Source of the DNA: Patescibacteria group bacterium
GTDB lineage: Bacteria; Patescibacteriota; Patescibacteriia; Patescibacteriales; UBA12465
NCBI GenBank assembly: GCA_041661685.1
Contig: JBAZTY010000003.1
Coordinates: 69,550-133,549 of the forward strand
Direction of reading: 5' to 3'
Length of the DNA stretch: 64,000 bases
Notes under the pieces: model-generated
Database searches by the model: none
What the model saw: the letters and a program-made list of their open reading frames with translations, nothing else
Told to the model about the DNA's origin: nothing
Made by a program: the position numbers and the translations under genes
Shown: positions 9,017-17,375 of the stretch, one piece after another
Numbering within the stretch: the stretch's first letter is position 1
Layout: every line of letters starts with the position of its first letter

Positions 9017-10486
9017 TTAAAAAACTAACTTGCTATTTAAACTGACAATCGCTTCAATCTCATCCATGCTCAGATATTCCTGATTAGCAGCCTTGCGAGC
9101 TTCAGCTATCTGTTTCAGGGGCTGGCCTTTCGCGATTGCTTCTTGACCTAGACGCAGGTATAAACGGCTAACCGGACTCTGACGCCAAGCGCGAACGCCA
9201 GCAACCATCTTATCATAACCATCTTTCTCTAATAATTTTATTTTCGCGAAAACCTTAGAAGTTATTTCGGCTGGAGTCGTGCCGAGACGGCGGAAATTAA
9301 TTACATCCAAAAATTGCAATTCCTCAATCGGACCCATGACTTTCGGCATTGGCTTGATATCATGCATCTGCGGATGAGCGGCGGAGGAAGCAAGCGCTTG
9401 CTTGCCGGCTAAAGTACGGGCGGCAGCCATAGAAACTGGAGGCGTTGAAATAATCTTAGCGGCCGGAATAGCTGGAGCGAATTTAGGCGTAACAGGCGCA
9501 ACGGCTACAACTGGCGCGACTTCTTTATGCCCGCCAAAAAATTTCGTAAAGGCAGATTCATGCTTAACTGGAGCGATTTTAGGGGAAACAGGCGATATTT
9601 TCGGAGTGATTGGAACAATCGGAACGACCGGAGATACTTTCGGGGCGGTCGGAACAACAGGGGCTGGCGCAATCGGCTTAATTTCCGCAACTGGCTTATT
9701 CAAAACGACTGACTTAATTTCGGCTTTAACTTCCGGCTTAGGCAAATCTAACTGCGCCTCCGGCTTGGCTAATTCATGCTTCGTATCTAAAGGCGCTGGC
9801 ACGACAGACTTAGTCTCTCCTTTAGCTAGCGCTTGTTTTAAATTATATTCAGAACTTACCGGCGCAGCCTTATCAGCGCCGCCGATAATCTTATCTAATC
9901 GCGTCACCGGCGGCATGGAAACTGGAGCAGCTTGAGTAGTGACGGCTGGAGTAATCAATCCTTTAGAAATCCTGGTATCGCAGATCTTTAGGACGCGATC
10001 AATCTCCTCCGGGCTCAGATTCAGGCCTCCGATCTTAACGTCCTTAGATAAAGTATTACGCGTATCTATCTTACTCCTGATGCCGCGCGCGTACGTAGAA
10101 ACGATATTCTTAAAGCGGCTGATAGCGACAGCACTCGGCAGGACCAGACCCGCCTCTTTAATGACAACTTCAATATCCTTATCAAGATCTAAGGCGCGAA
10201 TCTCAGAAGTCAGTCCTAAATAATCAGCCATAGGCGCGAAGATCTTTTCCTTCAATTCTTTAACGAGCTGAGCGGCTGTTTCCGGGGTTAATAATAATTC
10301 TCCGGTCAAATAAGCTGGCAAATCCGAAAATTTCAGGCTCTTAACCATCAGTTTCATGATCACGATAGCTAAATCAACTTTATATTTCGTTTCTAATTCG
10401 GAAATAAGCGCCATCGCGGACGGCGAAGAAACCTGATCGCGCAGGTTTTTCGGAAGATTGTTGAATTGTTGTAAATAGTCGAACAT
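9017..10486 (-). CDS. Hypothetical protein with a central Pro/Val/Ala/Lys-rich low-complexity repeat region
   Basis: 489 aa with an N-terminal globular region. The central region (PVVPIVPITPKISPVSPKIAPV...) is encoded by imperfect direct repeats in the DNA, about 9470-9800. The C-terminal domain is conserved-looking. No TM helix. Confidence 0.5.
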   Translation of the reverse strand: MFDYLQQFNNLPKNLRDQVSSPSAMALISELETKYKVDLAIVIMKLMVKSLKFSDLPAYLTGELLLTPETAAQLVKELKEKIFAPMADYLGLTSEIRALDLDKDIEVVIKEAGLVLPSAVAISRFKNIVSTYARGIRSKIDTRNTLSKDVKIGGLNLSPEEIDRVLKICDTRISKGLITPAVTTQAAPVSMPPVTRLDKIIGGADKAAPVSSEYNLKQALAKGETKSVVPAPLDTKHELAKPEAQLDLPKPEVKAEIKSVVLNKPVAEIKPIAPAPVVPTAPKVSPVVPIVPITPKISPVSPKIAPVKHESAFTKFFGGHKEVAPVVAVAPVTPKFAPAIPAAKIISTPPVSMAAARTLAGKQALASSAAHPQMHDIKPMPKVMGPIEELQFLDVINFRRLGTTPAEITSKVFAKIKLLEKDGYDKMVAGVRAWRQSPVSRLYLRLGQEAIAKGQPLKQIAEARKAANQEYLSMDEIEAIVSLNSKLVF

Positions 10487-10536
10487 CTTTTTCTATTTTA
10501 ACATATTATGCCAAAAAGAGAAAGAAAAATAAGCGG

Positions 10537-11475
10537 CTAGAGAGTCGTTATCGGCCGGCTCTGAGTTATATAGAATTTGCCCTGTTTATAGGCCCATTCG
10601 ATGTCGCAGGGGAATTTATAATGCTTCTCGATACCGGCGCATATCTTGGCTAGTTCTACTATCTGGCGGCCATTCAATTTCTGCTTGGACTGTCCCGATT
10701 TAGCAATCGGAACCCATTTTGTTCCGCCGGCAGAGCCTTTGATAATCTGCTTGATCTGAGGAGCGACATTGATATCTACAAGAGAATAATCCCGCTTATC
10801 TAAAACATAAGCATCGGGAGTAATCGATCCGGAAACAATCGCTTCGCCCAAGCCATAACCGGCCTCAATTATCATCTGATTCTTGTCCTTCGTCACGGGA
10901 TGGACCGTAAAGGTAATGCCGGATATTTCCGAATCGACCATAACTTGGATCACGACCGCGACGCCGACTTTTGTCTTTAATAATTTCTTCTCGTGGCGAT
11001 AAAAGATGGCGCGGGGCGTGAATAACGAGGACCAGCATTTCTTAACATTGATCAATAGGGTCTTTTCTGTAGTATTTAAATACGTTTCTAATTCTCCGGC
11101 CCAAGAAGCCGACGAAGAATCTTCGGCCGTCGCGCTAGAGCGGACCGCAACGAACTTGGCTTTCAGTTTCTTAAAATCGCTGACAATATCTTTTTCTAAA
11201 TCAACTGGCATCTTGGCGGCGGCAATTAAGTTGCGAATTTTTGCGGAAGCGCCGTCGACGGAATTGATATCTTTATAATTTACTTTCTTTAGAATCGCTT
11301 CTAATTCTTGCGTTAGGTCAGTTTCAGCGAGAAAACGATTAAAAGCTGAGGCTAAAATAACGAAACCCGAAGGAACCGGAATCTTAGCTTTAGTCATTTC
11401 TCCAAGAGAAGCTCCCTTGCCTCCAGCTTCGGCAACAGAATTTTTAGTAATCCGACTAAATGGCTTAATATACAT
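10537..11475 (-). CDS. Stand-alone PEP-synthase / pyruvate-phosphate-dikinase N-terminal ATP-grasp (nucleotide-binding) domain protein
   Basis: 312 aa. Motifs AEAGGKGASLGEM, AVRSSATAEDSSSASWAGELETYLN and CDIEWAYKQGKFYITQSRPIT match the PPDK_N domain of PpsA and rifampin phosphotransferase. It has no phosphohistidine domain and no PEP-binding TIM-barrel domain. Confidence 0.8.
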   Translation of the reverse strand: MYIKPFSRITKNSVAEAGGKGASLGEMTKAKIPVPSGFVILASAFNRFLAETDLTQELEAILKKVNYKDINSVDGASAKIRNLIAAAKMPVDLEKDIVSDFKKLKAKFVAVRSSATAEDSSSASWAGELETYLNTTEKTLLINVKKCWSSLFTPRAIFYRHEKKLLKTKVGVAVVIQVMVDSEISGITFTVHPVTKDKNQMIIEAGYGLGEAIVSGSITPDAYVLDKRDYSLVDINVAPQIKQIIKGSAGGTKWVPIAKSGQSKQKLNGRQIVELAKICAGIEKHYKFPCDIEWAYKQGKFYITQSRPITTL

Positions 11476-11546
11476 ATCATTATTATTTACTTATATTAAT
11501 ATTAGCATAAAATAACCAAAAAATGTAATTAATCAGACTTAAATTA

Positions 11547-11575
11547 TTGACAAGATTACAATAATATTATAAAAT
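11547..11575 (+). promoter_or_regulatory. Sigma70-like promoter for the histidine-phosphatase gene (TTGACA, 15-17 nt spacer, TATAAA/TAAAAT)
   Basis: TTGACA at 11547-11552 with an AT-rich -10 at 11568-11575. The start codon is at 11656. Confidence 0.4.
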
Positions 11576-11655
11576 ATTAGAAATATTTAGAACTTTAATA
11601 ACAAACAAATCACCTCATAAACCTCTGGTCCCGTAGTTAACGGGTCTATTACTCG

Positions 11656-12255
11656 ATGAAAACTTTAGTAATAATCCGTCACGGACGGAAAGACGAAGAT
11701 GGAACTTTGGTCGATAAGGATCAGCTCGCTGAGATTGAAAACATCGGAATCGCCGGCTTGAATGATTTAGTCAAAAAACATCAAGGACTAGTCATCTTTC
11801 ATTTAGGTACCGCTATCGAAAGGACGGGGCAAACCATAAAAGCCTACGAAAGACATCTCGATATATCTAACGCGATTAATTCTTTCGGCGGCTACTTGCC
11901 GGCTGATGCCCGCTTAGGAAGCAATAAGATTTTTAAAGAATTCAGCGAGAATCCCGAAATCGTCAAAGAAGCGGAAAGGACTACTTGGTTCAATGCTTTT
12001 AGGAGATATAATCCGAAATTCATCGAGAAGATACAAATCAACATGCTCGATGCGATTACTGATATATTCTCGCGTGTCGATGACGGCAGCTTGGTTATCA
12101 GCGCTGGCCATACGCCCATGATCGAATGGCTCGCTCTCGGCATTGACGAGAACGACCATAAAATTTCTTGCAAAATTAAACTTAAGGAATTGACCGGCTT
12201 CATCTTTACTGAAGACAAGGGGCGCATCCAAGTTACAAGGACTATCGGGTTCTAA
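11656..12255 (+). CDS. Histidine phosphatase superfamily protein (SixA/phosphoglycerate-mutase-like; RHG motif)
   Basis: 199 aa. N-terminal IIRHGRK (catalytic RHG), ERTGQT (conserved Arg) and AGHTPMIEW (second catalytic His). Encoded convergently to the swivel-domain paralogs. Confidence 0.7.
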   Translation: MKTLVIIRHGRKDEDGTLVDKDQLAEIENIGIAGLNDLVKKHQGLVIFHLGTAIERTGQTIKAYERHLDISNAINSFGGYLPADARLGSNKIFKEFSENPEIVKEAERTTWFNAFRRYNPKFIEKIQINMLDAITDIFSRVDDGSLVISAGHTPMIEWLALGIDENDHKISCKIKLKELTGFIFTEDKGRIQVTRTIGF

Positions 12256-12281
12256 ATGAACCGAATTAAAGAAATTAAAGA

Positions 12282-12310
12282 AACCGACACCAAAAGTGCC
12301 GGTTTTTTAT
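12282..12310. terminator. Bidirectional terminator between the histidine phosphatase gene and paralog A
   Basis: 9-bp stem AACCGACAC/GTGCCGGTT with one mismatch, followed by a T-run; preceded by an A-rich stretch. Confidence 0.5.
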
Positions 12311-12311
12311 T

Positions 12312-14207
12312 TTATTTTATTATCCTCACTATTCCTTTATCCGCATCGACTTCGACGAGGTCGCCATCTTTCAGGACTTTAGTCGCGATCCTGGTGGCGA
12401 TGACGCAAGGCACGTTCATTTCACGAGCGACAATAGCCGCATGCGAAGTTACGCCGCCTTGGTCGGTCACGAAAGCTCCGGCTTTTTTCATAGCCGGCAA
12501 TAAATCCGGCTGCGTCGAGATAGAAACGAGGATATCCCCCTTCTTCATCTTTTCCATATCGCGGATAACATTAACGATCCGAACGATCCCCTTGGCTTGT
12601 CCGCGGCAACCGCATTGCCCTTTCAGCTCTGAAACTTCCCTGCTCTCGTCTTTCTGGATATATTTCTTGATTATCTGCTCGGCTGCACGGCCGCTATAAT
12701 AAACTTCGGTGTCTTTGGCCGTATAATACAAGCTGAGCTTAGCGCGAGATTTTATCTCTTCCTTGTCCGATTGATGATCGAACAGAGCTGCTTTTATCTC
12801 CTTCGAAGTCATGAATCTCGTTTCTTTCAGGCTCAAACCAATACGCCGAGCTATCTCCTCTAAGAAGAAAGTCGTCTTATAAAGAGCGAAGAGCTGGGCA
12901 TAGCGGCGATATATCTTCGTCACCATGAAATCGCCCCAGGCACCGAAAAAACGAGTCGTCTTTTTTGATAGGCTTATTTTTTTGATGAGAGCCTGTTTAT
13001 CTGCCAGTACCATCTTTATCTTTTTCTCTTGGTCTCCATAGGTTTTCTTGAGGTTATTGTCTCCATTAACCAAGCGGACTAACTCTTTCAGATAATGCTC
13101 AAAATTATAGACGCCCTGCTCTTCAGTATAAATGAACTTGGTATAGAAATACTTGGCATAATGCTTCTGCAGATCATTCAATATTTTCTTATTGATCCGG
13201 TTCTTGAGAGTCCGGACGACCTCCTCGAATTTATCCTCATACTCTTTACTATGAGTATACAGGCCGAGAAATTTAACATCTTCTTCTTTGAACTTCCTGA
13301 ATAATTCCTTGAAAATGGAAAATTGCTTAGGATCAGACTGGACAGCAATACCGATCTTAATCAGAGCATCTTGCTCTTCTTTCAAGAGCGAATCCTGTTC
13401 CGGCTGAGTAAGCAGGGCGAGATATTCCTCAATTTTCGCAGCCGGAGCCTTCAGTTCTCTTAGCATCTGCTTGCCGCGATTAGTCAGATTATCGCCGAAC
13501 ATGTCAGCGGCCACCGGGATCCAGCCCCATTGATAATATTCCTGATGCACTTCTTCATGCTCCTTATAGTAGCGCCACAGCTTCTCTGAAGATACCTTAT
13601 CCAGACCGCTTTCAGGAATCTTAGCGACCGTAGCGACTAGCTTATCGGCGAAAAGTCTTATCTGAGAATTAACCTCTTCCATGAAATCGACGTCGCTCTC
13701 GAACTTGTCGACTAAATGGTCGCCTACGGCTTGCGCGTCCTGCTTATCAAAATAGAACCAGAGATGATAGCCCCGATAAACGCAAGCTTGATGCTGATAA
13801 GCTTTCCCGCCTGGCTGAGCGAATTGATTCGTAAAGCAATAAAAAGGGATGGCCATGAACCAGGGGTTAGCGTTGATGATCTCTTCGGCTAACAGCCATT
13901 CACGATTAAATATCTTCTCGACTTCTGCGCCTTTATTCTTCTGGAAAAGATTGATAAGCTCCGGCCCGATCGCATAATCGGTATTGAAGGAATAGCTTTT
14001 CTTCCTATTTTTAAGTTCTTGCGCGATTATGCCTTCCTTAATCAGCTTATCCAGTTCGCGGGTGATATTGGCCGCATCTTTCTTGACAGCCTCTCTTATT
14101 TCTAAAAAATAAAAAGACCGCTTCGGGCTGGCGGTCAGAAGCATCAATATCTCATAAGCGGTCTGCGATTTGAATAGATTCTTCATATATATATGTCTTG
14201 AAGACAA
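12312..14207 (-). CDS. PEP-utilizing-enzyme mobile (phosphohistidine swivel) domain protein, paralog A. Has an N-terminal winged-helix-like segment and a large helical domain.
   Basis: 631 aa. The C-terminus GGVTSHAAIVAREMNVPCVIATRIATKVLKDGDLVEVDADKGIVRIIK matches the PEP-utilizer swivel domain with the catalytic His. The N-terminus (TAYEILMLLTASPKRSFYFLEIREAV...ITRELDKLIKEGII) is wHTH-like. Confidence 0.7.
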   Translation of the reverse strand: MSSRHIYMKNLFKSQTAYEILMLLTASPKRSFYFLEIREAVKKDAANITRELDKLIKEGIIAQELKNRKKSYSFNTDYAIGPELINLFQKNKGAEVEKIFNREWLLAEEIINANPWFMAIPFYCFTNQFAQPGGKAYQHQACVYRGYHLWFYFDKQDAQAVGDHLVDKFESDVDFMEEVNSQIRLFADKLVATVAKIPESGLDKVSSEKLWRYYKEHEEVHQEYYQWGWIPVAADMFGDNLTNRGKQMLRELKAPAAKIEEYLALLTQPEQDSLLKEEQDALIKIGIAVQSDPKQFSIFKELFRKFKEEDVKFLGLYTHSKEYEDKFEEVVRTLKNRINKKILNDLQKHYAKYFYTKFIYTEEQGVYNFEHYLKELVRLVNGDNNLKKTYGDQEKKIKMVLADKQALIKKISLSKKTTRFFGAWGDFMVTKIYRRYAQLFALYKTTFFLEEIARRIGLSLKETRFMTSKEIKAALFDHQSDKEEIKSRAKLSLYYTAKDTEVYYSGRAAEQIIKKYIQKDESREVSELKGQCGCRGQAKGIVRIVNVIRDMEKMKKGDILVSISTQPDLLPAMKKAGAFVTDQGGVTSHAAIVAREMNVPCVIATRIATKVLKDGDLVEVDADKGIVRIIK

Positions 14208-14251
14208 TAATTATTGTCTATAAGACAATATTATCACGGAAAATAATCCTG

Positions 14252-15838
14252 TCAACCTTTTTTCTTCTTCATTAAACGCACTATTCCCTGCTCCGCGTCC
14301 ATCTCTACCGAATCGCCATCGCGGAGAACTTTAGTCGCCACCTTAGTGCCGACGATACACGGAATCCTTAATTCTCTGGAAACGATAGCAGCATGGCAGG
14401 TAATGCCGCCAGCGTCAGTAATGATTGCCGCCGCCCTCTTCATAGCCGGAACCAAATCCGGCGTAGTTGCTATTGAGACCAAGATATCGCCCTTCTTCAT
14501 CTTAGGAATATCGCTAGGAATATTAATGACTTTGATCGCGCCCCTAGCCTTGCCAGGAAAAGCACAGTCACCCGACAGTGAATTGACATTCTTGATATTC
14601 TCTCTGATGATATTCAGGCGAGCTGATATCTTTCTCGCTTCTGCTCCGCTCACATTCAGATCATCCTTGAAATCCCCGACAGAATAATACAGATTGAACT
14701 TATATCTTTCATTCAAGATAGCAACATCAAAATTATTGCCCAAGAGGAGCTCCTTGAACTCATGCGGATAAAGATAGCGGACTTGGCGGATAGCCAGATA
14801 GCGGCGGCGGCCGATTTCCTTGAATAATCTCTCGACTATCGACCAGCTATGAAACATGGAATCCTTTCTAGCCCCCTTGGTAAACACGAGATTCCTAGCA
14901 AAAGCTAATATCTCTTCGTGCTTCTTATCTATCTTGAGGTCGCGGACTAATTTCTTCTGCCTATTCAATATTTCTTGCCGACCAGCTTTCACGCCTTGCA
15001 GGGACTTCTTGGGATTCACACCCTGCCTGACCAAACTTGATAAGATATCGATAAAATACTCTCTTCCCCAAGACGGCCCGACCATGCCATAACCGAGCCA
15101 GCCGAAAGCTTTGGCATGTCGGCTAATCATCAAATCTAATCTCTTATCTAATTTTGACAATTCCCTGTCAATATCTTCGACGCCATGCTTGGCAAAGATT
15201 TTCTTCAAAGCCGGCTTACTAATGATGTGCCCCAATATCGACAGAAGTTGTTTATATTCTTCAGAGGCCTTAGCGTCCCTAGTCGGCGTCGTGAGAGTAG
15301 AGAAAGCTTCACCCAAAGAATAGTCTTGACCGGCAATCCTATCTTTGAGGTAATTCCTCAGATATTTAGAGAGGATATTTTCCCCAAAATCAGCCGCCGT
15401 CTGCATCCAATGAAGGACATGCAAGCGGCTATAGATAGCATAGTATTCATCATAAACCTTGAATAATTCCTTGTCGGAGAGCTTGGTTAAATTTATCTTC
15501 TTCAAGCTGTCAGAGGCGCGATATAGTTCGCCTTCTGCTTTTTCAAGATCTTTAAAATAACGATCGCCCCATTTCTGGTTCTTCTTAATATTCTCCAATA
15601 GCTCCAAGCCGATCTCTTTGAATTCCTGCCGAGCCACTAGCAACTGGCAGATATTATCTTGAAAGATCATTGCCAGGCATGGCATCTTTCTTTTAAAGCC
15701 ATAACTTTTAAGAAACCTATTCGCCCGGGCCGTATTCCAAGCAATACCAGCCATCATTGGATAATAATTCGGCATTTCCTCCATACAGAAGAGTTCTTGG
15801 CGGCTGACGGAAATATTTTTACGCTTACGGCTGTTCAT
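14252..15838 (-). CDS. PEP-utilizing-enzyme mobile domain protein, paralog B
   Basis: 528 aa. C-terminus GGITCHAAIVSRELRIPCIVGTKVATKVLRDGDSVEMDAEQGIVRL. The N-terminal helical domain shares the FGWLxY...G motif with paralog C. Confidence 0.7.
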   Translation of the reverse strand: MNSRKRKNISVSRQELFCMEEMPNYYPMMAGIAWNTARANRFLKSYGFKRKMPCLAMIFQDNICQLLVARQEFKEIGLELLENIKKNQKWGDRYFKDLEKAEGELYRASDSLKKINLTKLSDKELFKVYDEYYAIYSRLHVLHWMQTAADFGENILSKYLRNYLKDRIAGQDYSLGEAFSTLTTPTRDAKASEEYKQLLSILGHIISKPALKKIFAKHGVEDIDRELSKLDKRLDLMISRHAKAFGWLGYGMVGPSWGREYFIDILSSLVRQGVNPKKSLQGVKAGRQEILNRQKKLVRDLKIDKKHEEILAFARNLVFTKGARKDSMFHSWSIVERLFKEIGRRRYLAIRQVRYLYPHEFKELLLGNNFDVAILNERYKFNLYYSVGDFKDDLNVSGAEARKISARLNIIRENIKNVNSLSGDCAFPGKARGAIKVINIPSDIPKMKKGDILVSIATTPDLVPAMKRAAAIITDAGGITCHAAIVSRELRIPCIVGTKVATKVLRDGDSVEMDAEQGIVRLMKKKKG

Positions 15839-15851
15839 ATGTTTAGCAAAA

Positions 15852-17363
15852 TTATCTTATCCTCTTTATCACTTTTACTATTCCTTTTCTGGCGTCGACT
15901 TCTACTATATCGCCGTCTTTCAAAATTCGCGTAGCGATTTTTGTGCCGATAATGCAGGGAATCTTCATCTCCCTAGAGACGATAGCGGCATGGCAGGTGA
16001 CTCCGCCGGCATCAGTAATGATAGCGCTAGCGCGATTCATGGCCGGCACCAATGACGGATTAGTAGAAAAACTAACTAGAATATCACCTTTGTTAAATTT
16101 CTTAATATCGGCAACAGCATTGATAATCTTGACTGCGCCCCGCACGCGACCAGGAAAAGATACTTGGCCGGTAAAAATATCCACATTAGTCTTGATGAGT
16201 TTCGGCATCTGCATATATCTAACCATACTTTCAGCTTCTTTCCCTACCAAGACACGGCTTTTACCCTTAATAGTTACGAAAGCGGAAAGATGGAATCTCT
16301 CGGGCAATTCTTCAGCTCTCGGCCGGCGCCCAGAACGCAAGAATCCTCTAATTTCTTCTGGGGTCAAATATTTCGCTTGTGTCTGAGAACAGAAAAGACG
16401 GCGCCCTAATTCTGTAAACCATGAGCTCATCGCATAATTCAGATAATATATCTGCATCTCTTTGCGCAATTCCTTGATAAAAGAAAATTCGCGCAATAGG
16501 CGGATGTCATGACGGGCGGAAACCGATAACGAACTTTCAATCCTCTTCTGCCAAGCGCCTAATTTTTCCCTCTCTCGCTTATTAGCCGACAGGATCTTTC
16601 CCGCTTTATCTCCTGCCCTGCCTTTCAATAATTCGAAATAATACTCTGGTCCGGCAGCCTGGCCGTCATAATAATATTGCAGCCAGCCGAAGCGCCTAGA
16701 CAATGATTGCAGCTGGCGGCGCTGAGAAATATTATCCAGGTTAGCAAGCTTCGAAGCTCTTTTAAAGGCGCGCCATAGCTTCGGCTGTCTCTGCCAGCGC
16801 GCCAATAATCCCAAAGCTGCCTCAGCTTCACGGCGGACATAGGTGGCTTTGAGAGGAGTTAATAAGCGGCTAAAAATTACGCCAGGATCGCCAAAAGCAG
16901 ATAGCGAGCCGCGAATATTTTTCTCTACGAACACAGAATATTTATTATCGCCCATGTCCACATATTGCGGGATAGCAGACCAATCAGCTATCTCCAGCCA
17001 GATACGACAAAAATCGTCATAAATCTTGCTTAATCCACGCGGTGACATCTTTTTTAAATCTTTGTGCTTGAGGCTAGAGACAAATCGTTTAATTTTAGCA
17101 AAACCAATATAATGCTGCCGCACTATTTCTTCCGCCAAAGTTGAGTCAGCCTGCAAGCGCGGCAAAAAATAAGCGCCAGCGGCGGAAAATTGGCTAGCAT
17201 CCGGAGCCCAGAGCGCCTTACCTTCCTGAAAAATGAATATAGAATCGATAAATATCTTCCCTTTGGTCTTCAAACGCAGATCATAAAAAGTCTTATTCCA
17301 AAGGAGCCAAGGATGCGGCGGCACGTTATAATCTTCCGTAAAGAGAGTAAATTTTTTGGACAT
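15852..17363 (-). CDS. PEP-utilizing-enzyme mobile domain protein, paralog C
   Basis: 503 aa. C-terminus GGVTCHAAIVSREMKIPCIIGTKIATRILKDGDIVEVDARKGIVKVIK. N-terminal domain is homologous to paralog B. Confidence 0.7.
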   Translation of the reverse strand: MSKKFTLFTEDYNVPPHPWLLWNKTFYDLRLKTKGKIFIDSIFIFQEGKALWAPDASQFSAAGAYFLPRLQADSTLAEEIVRQHYIGFAKIKRFVSSLKHKDLKKMSPRGLSKIYDDFCRIWLEIADWSAIPQYVDMGDNKYSVFVEKNIRGSLSAFGDPGVIFSRLLTPLKATYVRREAEAALGLLARWQRQPKLWRAFKRASKLANLDNISQRRQLQSLSRRFGWLQYYYDGQAAGPEYYFELLKGRAGDKAGKILSANKREREKLGAWQKRIESSLSVSARHDIRLLREFSFIKELRKEMQIYYLNYAMSSWFTELGRRLFCSQTQAKYLTPEEIRGFLRSGRRPRAEELPERFHLSAFVTIKGKSRVLVGKEAESMVRYMQMPKLIKTNVDIFTGQVSFPGRVRGAVKIINAVADIKKFNKGDILVSFSTNPSLVPAMNRASAIITDAGGVTCHAAIVSREMKIPCIIGTKIATRILKDGDIVEVDARKGIVKVIKRIR

Positions 17364-17375
17364 ATTTTAATATTC

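Noticed and set aside
9402-9935. 177-aa plus-strand ORF and several 60-aa ORFs inside the Pro-rich gene
   Set aside because: These are alternative-frame artefacts of a GC-rich repetitive coding region. The minus-strand 489-aa ORF is continuous and fits the operon.
12256-16386. Plus-strand ORFs 12256..12699, 14346..14687 and 15943..16386 with mutually similar translations (…SLETIAAWQVMPPASVM…)
   Set aside because: They are antisense shadows of the three conserved minus-strand PEP-utilizer swivel domains. Their similarity simply reflects conservation of the sense strand.
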